Source of the DNA: Bacteroidota bacterium
GTDB lineage: Bacteria > Bacteroidota > Bacteroidia > AKYH767-A > JAHEYN01
DNA: 64,000 nt
Direction of reading: 5' to 3'
Assembly (NCBI GenBank): GCA_023251555.1
Contig: JAHEYN010000011.1
Span: 1,503-65,502 of the forward strand
Of this stretch, positions 26,979-36,386 are shown in pieces. Positions within the stretch are counted from its first letter, which is position 1. Each line of letters begins with the position of its first letter. The notes below the pieces were generated by a model. That model ran no database searches, was not told the DNA's origin, and worked only from the letters and a program-made list of their open reading frames with translations. The translations under genes and the position numbers were made by a program.

Positions 26979-27741
26979 AAAACTTAGGATAATTCTTTTT
27001 GAAGAACTGGCCAATCTTTGAAACAGGCTTATAAAGCAGAGTGAAAAAGCCCGGGTTCATCCCGTTGAGCATCCATGCCTTCCTGTCCTCAAGGTTGGCT
27101 TGTATTTTAGCCCGTATGCTTTCGTTCCCGAAACCGCCCATACGCATTTTGATGGTGATCTCGGGAAGGTAGGCAGTGCTTATCCTGTAACGGTGAATAA
27201 AGCGCAGCATCAGCTCGTAGTCTGCGGAATACTGGAGTGACTCATTATAAAACCCGTAGCGGTTATATAATTCTCTTTTCACGAAAAAGGTTGGGTGGGG
27301 CGGCATCCATCCTTTCAGGAACATGCCATGTTGGTATTCTTTGGCTTTCCAGTACCGTATAATTTTTGACGGATTGCTTTTGGAAATGAAAAGTATATCG
27401 GAATAGAGGCAGTCGCAGCCGCTGGTTTTGAATTTTTCAGCTACGGAAGAAAGTACTTTGCTGCTGGCATAGAAGTCATCGGAATTCAGGATTCCCACCA
27501 CATCCCCGCTTGCCATCCGTATTCCCTTGTTAAAGGCAAAATAGATCCCGTAATCTTTTTCGGATATGATCTTATGAATTTTAGCCCTGTATTTTTCAAT
27601 GATGCGCATAGTTCGATCCGTGGAAGCTCCGTCTATAATGATAAACTCCAAATTTTCGTAATCCTGGCTGATTACCGAGCGGATGGTGTCTTCGATCGTA
27701 GCCTCGCTGTTATAACAGGCGGTAATGATGGAGATCTTCAT
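26959..27741 (-). CDS. Family 2 glycosyltransferase
   Basis: MKISIITACYNSEATIEDTIRSV..IIIDGASTD..NSDD has the GT-A DxD architecture. Confidence 0.82.
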   Translation of the reverse strand: MKISIITACYNSEATIEDTIRSVISQDYENLEFIIIDGASTDRTMRIIEKYRAKIHKIISEKDYGIYFAFNKGIRMASGDVVGILNSDDFYASSKVLSSVAEKFKTSGCDCLYSDILFISKSNPSKIIRYWKAKEYQHGMFLKGWMPPHPTFFVKRELYNRYGFYNESLQYSADYELMLRFIHRYRISTAYLPEITIKMRMGGFGNESIRAKIQANLEDRKAWMLNGMNPGFFTLLYKPVSKIGQFFKKNYPKFYGKQDH

Positions 27742-28295
27742 GAGATAACCCGCTCCTTTATTTTTACTGCAGGGCACCCCTGGTAAACAGCATAAGGCTC
27801 AAGATCTGAGGTGGCCGTTGAACCCGCAGTGAGTACCGAATGCGATTTGCATATAATACCGGGGCATACAACAGCCCTGGCGCCAATCCAGGCTCCATCC
27901 TCAATTACAATCTCTCCGGTCATCAGCCCGAAAGAGACCTCTCTGTAATTATGATTTCCCGTAAGCAATAAGGCTCCCTGCGAGATACAGGCATTATTTC
28001 CTATAATTACGTTCACCAGATTGTCTATCCATACATTTTCCCCTATCCATGTATAATCGCCAATCTCAAGAAGCCATGGATATTTGATATTCACTCCCGG
28101 TTTTATGTTGATGCCTTTTCCCAGGCGTGCACCGAAGATGCGAAGCAGGGTGAGTTTGAGAAAGCGTGAGTGAAAAAGGCGGGGAGTAAAGAAAACTGCG
28201 CTTACAAGGTACCAGGCCGCTCTTACAGTTACCGGCCTGCCTGTTTTGTACCATCTGTTATCGTATGAAGAAAGATCCGTTTTTTTATTTTCCAT
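27738..28295 (-). CDS. Hexapeptide-repeat O-acetyltransferase (WcaF-like)
   Basis: Left-handed beta-helix hexapeptide repeats (IGDYTWIGENVWIDN..., IEDGAWIGARAVVCPG). The start is taken at MENKKTDLSSYDNRWY. Confidence 0.78.
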   Translation of the reverse strand: MENKKTDLSSYDNRWYKTGRPVTVRAAWYLVSAVFFTPRLFHSRFLKLTLLRIFGARLGKGINIKPGVNIKYPWLLEIGDYTWIGENVWIDNLVNVIIGNNACISQGALLLTGNHNYREVSFGLMTGEIVIEDGAWIGARAVVCPGIICKSHSVLTAGSTATSDLEPYAVYQGCPAVKIKERVIS

Positions 28296-28296
28296 G

Positions 28297-28722
28297 TTAT
28301 TCTCGGGCGTGGCGCATTCTTTCCATATAGGATTGCAGTATGAGCACTGCACTTACCATATCCAGGAGTGCTTTGTTTTCCCTGTCTTTCTTTTTATATC
28401 CCCCTGCCACGAGGCTTTGCCTGGCAATTTTAGAGGTGAAGCGCTCGTCATGCCGCTCAATGGGAACAGAGGGAAATTTTTTACGCAGTTCACGTACAAA
28501 TATTTCTGTTTCAGCTGCAACAGAGGAAGGCTGGTTATTCAGCGTTTTCGGGTCTCCGACTACAAAACAGGCCACATCTTCTCTTGAAAGATAATTCCCG
28601 AGGTATTGCAGGAGGTCTTTCGGGTGAACGGTATCCAGCGGGCCGGCAATCGTTTGCAGAGGATCGGTGACAGCGAGCCCTGCCCGCCTGGTTCCGTAGT
28701 CAATGGCTAATATCCTTGGCAT
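28297..28722 (-). CDS. ruvX: Holliday junction resolvase-like nuclease RuvX/YqgF
   Basis: Starts MPRILAIDYGTRRAGLAVTD. Size and motifs are typical of YqgF. Confidence 0.85.
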   Translation of the reverse strand: MPRILAIDYGTRRAGLAVTDPLQTIAGPLDTVHPKDLLQYLGNYLSREDVACFVVGDPKTLNNQPSSVAAETEIFVRELRKKFPSVPIERHDERFTSKIARQSLVAGGYKKKDRENKALLDMVSAVLILQSYMERMRHARE

Positions 28723-28863
28723 TTCTGCAAATGTAGTGATTTTGAAAAGAAGGCTGTGAGGCTTTGCCTGTGGCCCCCGGCAGGCCTGGACCGGGAGAAA
28801 GTGTAAAATTCCCGATGCCGGCTTGGAATAAACCATTTATATTTGCTGCATAATAAAACTGAT

Positions 28864-29670
28864 ATGCAAGAACTTATCGAAACAGCCTGGGAAAACAGGT
28901 CGATGCTGCAGGAGCAAAAAGTCCGCGATGCGATCACGCAGATTATTGATTCCCTTGACAAGGGAAAGCTTCGTGTGGCCGAACCCGTGGGGGAAAAATG
29001 GCAGGTGAATGAGTGGATAAAGAAAGCCGTGATCCTTTATTTCCCATGGAGGAAGATGGAAACCATGCATGCCGGCCCTATGGAATTTTATGATAAGATG
29101 AGCCTGAAAAAAGATTATGCACAGCTTGGCGTCCGGGTAGTTCCTCATGCCGTTGCGCGTTACGGTGCATACATAGCCAAAGGCGTGATTCTGATGCCTT
29201 CATACGTGAATATTGGAGCATACGTGGATGAGGGCACAATGGTAGATACCTGGGCTACTGTGGGTTCCTGTGCACAGATAGGAAAGAATGTCCACCTGAG
29301 CGGGGGCGTGGGAATAGGAGGCGTGCTGGAGCCCGTCCAGGCGGCTCCTGTGATTATTGAAGACGGCTGTTTTATCGGTTCCCGGTGTATAGTTGTGGAA
29401 GGCGTGAGAGTGGGAAAAGAAGCTGTGCTTGGCGCCAATGTAGTGCTTACCATGTCCACAAAAATTATTGATGTGACAGGACCCGCCCCGGTGGAGCATA
29501 AAGGTATGGTGCCACCGAGATCAGTCGTGATACCAGGCTCCTGTATCAAAAGATTTCCCGCCGGGGATTATAACGTGCCCTGTGCGCTCATTATCGGGAA
29601 AAGAAAAGAAAGCACTGACCTTAAAACTTCCCTGAACAGTGCACTGAGAGAGCACGATGTGGCAGTATGA
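28864..29670 (+). CDS. dapD: 2,3,4,5-tetrahydropyridine-2,6-dicarboxylate N-succinyltransferase
   Basis: MQELIETAWENR...GKLRVAEP...WQVNEWIKKAVILYF plus hexapeptide repeats. Confidence 0.85.
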   Translation: MQELIETAWENRSMLQEQKVRDAITQIIDSLDKGKLRVAEPVGEKWQVNEWIKKAVILYFPWRKMETMHAGPMEFYDKMSLKKDYAQLGVRVVPHAVARYGAYIAKGVILMPSYVNIGAYVDEGTMVDTWATVGSCAQIGKNVHLSGGVGIGGVLEPVQAAPVIIEDGCFIGSRCIVVEGVRVGKEAVLGANVVLTMSTKIIDVTGPAPVEHKGMVPPRSVVIPGSCIKRFPAGDYNVPCALIIGKRKESTDLKTSLNSALREHDVAV

Positions 29671-29696
29671 ATAATAAGGGGACTTCCCTTAACTGT

Positions 29697-30068
29697 TTAC
29701 CTTTTCCAGTACCATCCCTCTTTCCCGGGCTCCTGGTTCCAGTACTCTGTAGTCATCACATCACCTTCGGGCGTCTTCAGTCTTCGCTCGTAGATTGCGA
29801 GCATGGGATGGAAGAGGACATCGGTTACGCCGATAATAAGTTTTTCGGGAGCCGCAGGAGATGAAGTCTGGACGGGAGTTTCCGCATCTGGTTTGGGTAC
29901 CGCGGCTTTGGGAGGAGGCATGGGTGCCGATTGCACCTTGTAACCGTTGTGTTCCAGTACTTTTTTCAGAAATTCAGCCCGCTCAGGGGATGCATCTTTT
30001 TCTGCAATGGCACACCGTACCCCGTTTATTTCTTCTATGGCATGCGCTTCTTTGTTCAGGCGGTTCAT
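29697..30068 (-). CDS. Hypothetical 123-aa protein with a Pro-rich linker, immediately downstream of nuoN
   Basis: An ORF with ATG at 30068 (MNRLNKEAHAIEE...) and no recognisable motif. Its start region overlaps the 3' end of nuoN (30065) by 4 nt. Confidence 0.45.
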   Translation of the reverse strand: MNRLNKEAHAIEEINGVRCAIAEKDASPERAEFLKKVLEHNGYKVQSAPMPPPKAAVPKPDAETPVQTSSPAAPEKLIIGVTDVLFHPMLAIYERRLKTPEGDVMTTEYWNQEPGKEGWYWKR

Positions 30069-31480
30069 ATTCCGGAGCTTAAGGATAAGATATAATGATA
30101 GATTGCGCTGTAAAACCCTGTGGCAAGAACGCCTGCTGCACAAATGGTCATCACCAGCCCTGCACTCAGGGAATATTCGATTTTTTCCGAAGAGTCTCCC
30201 TTGTCAACAAACATTGCCTTTACAATACGGAGATAGTAAAAGAGAGAGAAGATCATGTTTAAGCAGGCAATAACAACCAGGCTTGTCATCCCCGTGGCAG
30301 AGGCAGAAGCAAGAAGGAAAAATTTTCCGAAAAAGCCAGCCGTTGGCGGTATTCCTGCCAGCGAAAAAACGCCTAACAGCATAACAAGGCCCAGCAGGGG
30401 ATTGCTGTGATAAAGGCCTTTGTAGCCGTCAATATTTTCTTTTCCTGTTTTTTCAGAAACGACCGATACAACCGTGAAGGCTGCGATGTTGGAAAAAATA
30501 TAAACCAGTATAAAATAAATAACGGAAGCCATAGACTGTTGTGTGCCTGCAGCAACACCGGCCAGGAGGTACCCGGCCTGGGTGATGGAGGAGAATGCAA
30601 GAAAGCGCTTGATGTTCTGCTGCCGCATGGCAAAGAAGTTACCGAGTGTCATGGTAGCAGCAGAAAGAACCGACAGAAGTACCTTCCAGTGTTCATGAAT
30701 ACCCCCGAACACCTTATAAAGGACAGTCACGAAAATAAATACTGCAGCTCCTTTTGAAACAACCGACATGAATGTTGTTACAGGCACAGGCGCTCCTTCA
30801 TAAACATCGGCGGTCCAGAAATGAAAAGGAACAACGGATATTTTAAATGCAAACCCGGCTATGAGAAAAGCAAACCCCAGCAGCGGAAGCGGCGCCGGGT
30901 TGAAGGAAGCGGCCATCTCACTGAACCTCAGGGAACCGCATGCCCCGTAAAGTAAGGAAAGGCCGAAGAGCAGTATAGCCGAGGAAAAAGCAGACGACAG
31001 GATCATTTTGACTGCCGCTTCCCCTGAACGGCCTTTCTCAAAGTCAAACCCTGCGAGGGCCGCAAGGGGGATTGTGGCCATCTCCAGCCCGAGGTAGAAC
31101 ATGAGAAAATGCCCGGAAGAGATCATCAGCTGCATCCCGATCAGAACCGAGAGAAGCAGGAAATAAAACTCGTGGTAATTATTGCTGTCCCTTTTCAGCC
31201 GGTCGTTTGCCTGCATTGAAATCAGGAGGGTTGCGAAGGCAAGCAGTGATTTTTCGAATAAGATAACCTTTCCTGAAATAAACATATCTCCGAATAAGCT
31301 TCCTTCCGAAGGCATCACTAAGCCGGAAACAGCGATGATGAAAAGAGTGGCATTGACCAGGAAGATTATTCCGGAAGGTCTTTTGTTCCCATAAAATATT
31401 CTTGCGGTAAAAAGTGATACCAGCAGCAGCAGGGTGAGCAGCTCGAAGCGCATCATAAGTATATAGTCTGCGATTCTCAT
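30065..31480 (-). CDS. nuoN: NADH-quinone oxidoreductase subunit N
   Basis: Polytopic antiporter-like subunit with FYLGLEMATIPL. It takes the last position in the operon order. Confidence 0.88.
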   Translation of the reverse strand: MRIADYILMMRFELLTLLLLVSLFTARIFYGNKRPSGIIFLVNATLFIIAVSGLVMPSEGSLFGDMFISGKVILFEKSLLAFATLLISMQANDRLKRDSNNYHEFYFLLLSVLIGMQLMISSGHFLMFYLGLEMATIPLAALAGFDFEKGRSGEAAVKMILSSAFSSAILLFGLSLLYGACGSLRFSEMAASFNPAPLPLLGFAFLIAGFAFKISVVPFHFWTADVYEGAPVPVTTFMSVVSKGAAVFIFVTVLYKVFGGIHEHWKVLLSVLSAATMTLGNFFAMRQQNIKRFLAFSSITQAGYLLAGVAAGTQQSMASVIYFILVYIFSNIAAFTVVSVVSEKTGKENIDGYKGLYHSNPLLGLVMLLGVFSLAGIPPTAGFFGKFFLLASASATGMTSLVVIACLNMIFSLFYYLRIVKAMFVDKGDSSEKIEYSLSAGLVMTICAAGVLATGFYSAIYHYILSLSSGI

Positions 31481-31482
31481 GG

Positions 31483-32970
31483 TTATTTCAGGGGGTTGCT
31501 TGTGAATAAAACACTGACCGTGTTACTGATTATGTCCGACATCCAGAATGGATAAATGCCGATAGAGATTATGGAAGCGATGAGAATGACTGATGCCGCC
31601 CTTTCGTACCATGTGGCATCGCCGGACTCTCTGAATTTTTCATTCTTCAGGGGACCCCAGAGGCTGATTCCAATGGCTCTGAGGATGTACACAGCTGTAA
31701 CCACTATTGACATTGCAGCGCTGACAGTTGCTATGCGGTGAAACACATCCCCGATCTGAAAAGCTCCTACAAATATGGTCATTTCAGCAACGAAGCCGCT
31801 TAGTCCCGGAAGCCCAAGGGAAGTGAGTCCCGCGATAATGAAACAGCTGCCTATAAATGGCATCACTTTGAGTAATCCGCCAAGTTCTTCTCCTATGCGC
31901 GTGTGTGTGCGCCCGTATATCATGCCGATGACACCGAAAAAGAGTGCCGTCATGATTCCGTGGGAAACCATTTGGAGTACAGCTCCCGTCATAGCAGTAT
32001 TAGTGAGCATCCCGGCTCCAAGCAGGACAAAGCCGCAGTGACTTACTGATGAGTAGGCATTCATCAGTTTGATGTCTTTTTGTCTTAATGTAACAAAGGC
32101 TCCGTATAGAATTCCAATGCAAGCGAGAATGATGATGTAGGGTGAATAAAATGCCGCCGCCGCCGGGAACAGGTATATGGCAATACGGATGCATCCGTAT
32201 CCGCCCAGCTTCATGGAAATTCCGGCCAGGAACATGGATGCTGCTGTAGGAGCGGAGGAGTGACCGTCTGGCGCCCAGGTGTGCAGCGGGAAGAGTGCGC
32301 TCAGTACTGCAAATCCCGTAAACAGCAGCGGGAAGATATACAACTGAGCCTGCTCCGGAACAGGGGTGGTGTAAAGTTGCTGAAGATCAAAGGAAGGATT
32401 GCCTGCCGCACATGAGTAATAATAGAGTGAAAGAATCCCGGCGAGTACCAGCGCAGATCCTCCCATCAGCATCAGCGCCAGTTTCATGGCGCTGTATTCT
32501 TTTCTTCCGCTTCCCCAGATAGCAATGAGCAGGTATTTGGGTATTACTGCCAGCTCAAAAAAGAAGAACAGGGAAAAAAGGTCCGATGAAAGAAAGAAAC
32601 CGTAAGCGCCTGTGCCGAGCAGGAGAAGAAGGATAAAAAATTCTTTCTTCATGTATTCTGTTTTCCAGGATACAAGAACCCCTGAAACCAGCACTACGGA
32701 TGTGAGGAGTATCATTGAAAGGGAGATGCCGTCAATCCCGCTGTGAAAAGTGATGTTCCAGTCAGGATACCATACATAGGTATGCTCAAAGAGAAGCAGG
32801 GATGCGTTGCCGGCATTACGCTCAGCCATGTATAAAAAGAGCAGGCCTGCAGAAAAAACAAGCTGCACCACTGTTCCCGCAAGCGCAAGGAGTCCTGCTA
32901 TCCTGCTTCCGGACGCAAGAATGGCAATGATCGTAACAAGTGAGATTATCAGCAGATATTCCGGATTCAT
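31483..32970 (-). CDS. nuoM: NADH-quinone oxidoreductase subunit M
   Basis: Antiporter-like subunit with FFFFELAVIPKYLLI, positioned between L and N. Confidence 0.88.
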   Translation of the reverse strand: MNPEYLLIISLVTIIAILASGSRIAGLLALAGTVVQLVFSAGLLFLYMAERNAGNASLLLFEHTYVWYPDWNITFHSGIDGISLSMILLTSVVLVSGVLVSWKTEYMKKEFFILLLLLGTGAYGFFLSSDLFSLFFFFELAVIPKYLLIAIWGSGRKEYSAMKLALMLMGGSALVLAGILSLYYYSCAAGNPSFDLQQLYTTPVPEQAQLYIFPLLFTGFAVLSALFPLHTWAPDGHSSAPTAASMFLAGISMKLGGYGCIRIAIYLFPAAAAFYSPYIIILACIGILYGAFVTLRQKDIKLMNAYSSVSHCGFVLLGAGMLTNTAMTGAVLQMVSHGIMTALFFGVIGMIYGRTHTRIGEELGGLLKVMPFIGSCFIIAGLTSLGLPGLSGFVAEMTIFVGAFQIGDVFHRIATVSAAMSIVVTAVYILRAIGISLWGPLKNEKFRESGDATWYERAASVILIASIISIGIYPFWMSDIISNTVSVLFTSNPLK

Positions 32971-32972
32971 GA

Positions 32973-34919
32973 TTACCTGATTACATATATGAGAAACAGC
33001 GAAATAAGGATCGTTCCGGCCAGGAACCAGAGGGCGTAATTCCTGATTTTACCTGATTGTACCGGGCGTATGGTTTCAGAAACATTTTCTGCTGCTGCGC
33101 CAAGAAGATTCATGCCACCGTCCACGATGTTCCTGTCAACCCATGCCGCCGGAGCTGATATCAGGTTGAAGACAACTTTTTTTGTAATGAGGAGGTAAAG
33201 CTCGTCAATGTATAATTTTCCTGCAATGAAGCGGTATACGATACCTGCTTTTGCGGAAATCCTACCCGGAAGGGTGCGCTCTTTCAGATAGAGAAAAGCA
33301 GCGGTGAGAATACCTATTCCGCTGATTATTATCGCCGCAGCCGAGAGGCGTATGTCGGTATCAGAATGGAGGGGCAGGCCGTCAGAGGAAACATATTTTC
33401 CAAAGGGAATATGTCCGGCCTCAATGGTGGCAACGGTAAGTATGAACAGGGGGATTGTGATACTCGCAGCCATGTGGGTTTTGATCCCGGATTTGTTTTT
33501 GTTGTTCCAGAAGATGGAGAAGTAAAGCCTGAACATATAAAAAGAGGTTATGCCTGCGGTTAACAAGCCTGTGCAGAAAATAATTTTATTGCGGTGGAAG
33601 GCGGCAGTGAGAATTTCTTCTTTGCTGTAAAAGCCTGAGAGGGAAGGAATCCCGCTGATGGCTAAACAGGCGAAAAAGAATGCAATGCTGGTGAAGGGCA
33701 TCGGCTTTTTCAGTCCGCCCATATCTTTGATTTCATTGCTGTGTACGGCATGAATAACCGCCCCGGCACACAGGAACAGGAGCGCCTTGAACATGGCATG
33801 GGTAAAAAGGTGGAAGAGGGCGGCAGAGTATCCCAGCCCCTTTTCACCCCCGTATCCCGAGATGCCCAGTGAAAACATCATGTATCCTATCTGCGACATG
33901 GTGGAGTATGCAAGCACCCGCTTGATGTCCGTCTGGGTACAGGCAATAAGTGCGGCTATCAGTGCAGAGGCAGCTCCGGTATATGCAACCACATCCATGG
34001 CTGCGTGCGACATGCAGAAGACCGGGAACAGGCGCGCTACCAGGAAAACTCCGGCCACAACCATGGTGGCTGCATGAATGAGAGCCGATACAGGTGTGGG
34101 GCCCTCCATGGCATCAGGAAGCCAGATGTGCAAAGGAAACATTGCCGACTTTCCCGCACCACCCGCAAAGATCAGTACCAGCGCCCATGTGAGTGCCGAC
34201 ACGCCGAGGAAAGAAGCTCCTGCAGCAAAGGAATAAAATGCAGAGGAGCTGCTGCTCATCCTTTCGATGATAACCCTGAAATCAAGGGATCCGCTGTAGA
34301 AGGAAAGAATAAGAATCCCGCAGAGAAATCCCAGGTCGGCAAAACGTGTTACAATGAAAGCCTTCTTGGCGGCAGCCACTGCGGAAGGTTTGTCAAAATA
34401 GAAGCCGATAAGCAGGAATGATGAAACCCCTACCAGTTCCCAGAAGATATATATCTGAAAAATGTTTGATGCAACCACCAGCCCCAGCATGGAAAATGTA
34501 AACAGCGAAAGGAAAGAGAAGTAGGTTGAGTAGCGCTCTTCTCCTTTCATATAGCCCGTGCTGTACAGATGAACCATAAGCGAAACGGTGGAAACCACTA
34601 CCAGCATCATCACCGAGAGAGGGTCGAGTGCAATGCCCATATCAAGCGAAAGGGCGGCGTTGAACCTGAGCCAGGTGAATTTTGCAAGAACGAGGTATGG
34701 CCACCGGCTGCCGTAAGGCCAGTAATAGCCTTCTGCCGGGGCATCCGTGATAAAGTAATGGTATGCCGTGAGGTATGCAAGTACAGTCACAATAAGCATT
34801 GAGGTTGTACCCAGTATGCCGGAAATACGGGGAAACTTTTTTCCGAAAAGACCCGGTAAAAGGAACGTCAGCAGCGGGAGCAGCAGGATGAAGCAGGTGT
34901 AGTCGTATATGTTTGACAT
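32973..34919 (-). CDS. nuoL: NADH-quinone oxidoreductase subunit L
   Basis: 648 aa, with FWELVGVSSFLLIGFYF and a C-terminal lateral-helix extension. Confidence 0.9.
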   Translation of the reverse strand: MSNIYDYTCFILLLPLLTFLLPGLFGKKFPRISGILGTTSMLIVTVLAYLTAYHYFITDAPAEGYYWPYGSRWPYLVLAKFTWLRFNAALSLDMGIALDPLSVMMLVVVSTVSLMVHLYSTGYMKGEERYSTYFSFLSLFTFSMLGLVVASNIFQIYIFWELVGVSSFLLIGFYFDKPSAVAAAKKAFIVTRFADLGFLCGILILSFYSGSLDFRVIIERMSSSSSAFYSFAAGASFLGVSALTWALVLIFAGGAGKSAMFPLHIWLPDAMEGPTPVSALIHAATMVVAGVFLVARLFPVFCMSHAAMDVVAYTGAASALIAALIACTQTDIKRVLAYSTMSQIGYMMFSLGISGYGGEKGLGYSAALFHLFTHAMFKALLFLCAGAVIHAVHSNEIKDMGGLKKPMPFTSIAFFFACLAISGIPSLSGFYSKEEILTAAFHRNKIIFCTGLLTAGITSFYMFRLYFSIFWNNKNKSGIKTHMAASITIPLFILTVATIEAGHIPFGKYVSSDGLPLHSDTDIRLSAAAIIISGIGILTAAFLYLKERTLPGRISAKAGIVYRFIAGKLYIDELYLLITKKVVFNLISAPAAWVDRNIVDGGMNLLGAAAENVSETIRPVQSGKIRNYALWFLAGTILISLFLIYVIR

Positions 34920-34920
34920 C

Positions 34921-35235
34921 TCAGAATTTCAATGAGTCAGTGTTCTCGGCATCTATGGTCCTGAACTTACGGTAAAGGTTGATGATGATGGCTATGGCTA
35001 CCGAAGCTTCTGCAGCAGCAATGGTGATGATAAAGATCGTGAAGAAAACCCCTTCCGCCTTCCCCGGGAAGAGATATTTGTTGAAAGCCAGAAAGTTGAT
35101 GTTTACACTGTTTAGCATCAGCTCTATGGCCATCAGCATGGTAATCATATTCCTCCTTGTGAGGAACCCGTAAGCTCCGGTGAAAAAAAGTGTTGTGCTT
35201 ACGAAGAGAACCAGGTGCAGCGGTATTTCATTCAT
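34921..35235 (-). CDS. nuoK: NADH-quinone oxidoreductase subunit K
   Basis: About 104 aa with 3 TM helices and MLMAIELMLNSVNINF. The start is taken at MNEIPLH. Confidence 0.88.
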   Translation of the reverse strand: MNEIPLHLVLFVSTTLFFTGAYGFLTRRNMITMLMAIELMLNSVNINFLAFNKYLFPGKAEGVFFTIFIITIAAAEASVAIAIIINLYRKFRTIDAENTDSLKF

Positions 35236-35755
35236 TCTTTTTTGTTTTAAATGCGATGGATATTGAACCTGTAAGTGCTGCAAGCAGCAGGATGCTTACC
35301 GCTTCAAAGGGGAGAATGTAGCCCCCCTCCCCGTAACTGAGCATCTTTGACCCTATGGTTTTCATAGTCAGGATCTTCGCTTCCTGACCCGACGGCAGCA
35401 GGTCGGATGCAAGGATAATGGTATAGATAATCCCGAATCCGGCTATGCATGCGATATACGAAACAAGCGCCTGCCTGTATGGAATTTCCGGCAGCCTTGT
35501 GCCTGACTGCTCGGTAAGAAAGAGTGAAAAAAGGATCAGCACCACAATGCCTCCCACGTAAACCACTACCTGCACTGCGGCAATGAATTCATAGCCCAGG
35601 CAGAAGTAAAGGGCTGCCACATTGATAAGGGTGAACAACAGGTAGATGGCGGCCCGGAATATCCTCGATGTCCTGACTGTAAGAATGCCAAACACGATGA
35701 TCATGAGAGAAATGAAGCAGAATACCGCAGCGCTGAGACTCATTTTATTCAACAC
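35228..35755 (-). CDS. nuoJ: NADH-quinone oxidoreductase subunit J
   Basis: 175 aa, about 5 TM helices, positioned between nuoI and nuoK. Confidence 0.85.
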   Translation of the reverse strand: MLNKMSLSAAVFCFISLMIIVFGILTVRTSRIFRAAIYLLFTLINVAALYFCLGYEFIAAVQVVVYVGGIVVLILFSLFLTEQSGTRLPEIPYRQALVSYIACIAGFGIIYTIILASDLLPSGQEAKILTMKTIGSKMLSYGEGGYILPFEAVSILLLAALTGSISIAFKTKKNE

Positions 35756-36227
35756 CCTCCTGCAGTTTTGATCCCGGCTTGTTCAGGATTTTGGTGAGTG
35801 ATTTTCTGTCGTAAGTGCTGTGCTCAAAATCATGCGACATTTTGATGGCATCTGTGGGGCATGCGATGATACAGAGATTGCAGAAGGTGCACATGCCGAG
35901 GTGGTAAACAAAGGTGTCAATGGCTTTTTTCTTTTTCCCTTTTTCATCCACAACGAATTTGGTGAGGATTTTAATGGTGCCGTTGGGACAGGCAAGTTCG
36001 CAGGATGTACAGCCCGTACAGCGATGCTCATTGTTTTCGTTATGAGGCATCACTACTTCTCCCCGGAAGCGCTCTCCCAGCGCAAGTGTTTCCCGGTTGT
36101 CGGGATATTGCTGGGTAACGATTTCCTTGTGGTGGGAGAAGTAATATCCTGTGAGTCTCATCCCCTTCAGGAGAGAACGGACCGAACGGAGAATGGTTCC
36201 AATGTATATGGCCAGATGGCGCTTCAC
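35745..36227 (-). CDS. nuoI: NADH-quinone oxidoreductase subunit I (2x[4Fe-4S])
   Basis: Ferredoxin motifs CTGCTSCELACP and CTFCNLCIIACP. GTG start. Confidence 0.88.
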   Translation of the reverse strand: MKRHLAIYIGTILRSVRSLLKGMRLTGYYFSHHKEIVTQQYPDNRETLALGERFRGEVVMPHNENNEHRCTGCTSCELACPNGTIKILTKFVVDEKGKKKKAIDTFVYHLGMCTFCNLCIIACPTDAIKMSHDFEHSTYDRKSLTKILNKPGSKLQEGVE

Positions 36228-36278
36228 TTTTATGCCCGTTTTTTCAGAGGACGAAGGTACTGCTTATCGTGAACAAGA

Positions 36279-36286
36279 CAAATATA
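36279..36286 (-). promoter_or_regulatory. Candidate -7 box (TATATTTG on the minus strand) upstream of nuoI
   Basis: Matches TAnnTTTG about 52 nt upstream of the nuoI start. No clear -33 element. Confidence 0.3.
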
Positions 36287-36305
36287 TTCAAAGGAACCCC
36301 GGGGG

Positions 36306-36326
36306 TGCAGATATTTAAAATCTGCA
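36306..36326 (-). terminator. Perfect 7-bp hairpin between the TonB-dependent receptor and nuoI
   Basis: TGCAGAT-ATTTAAA-ATCTGCA. It lacks a U-tract, so function as a terminator is uncertain. Confidence 0.25.
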
Positions 36327-36386
36327 AAGCGCTCAGTTAAAAAATTAAAAAATGGAATGAATCATTTTCCGCTTGCCAGACAGCAA

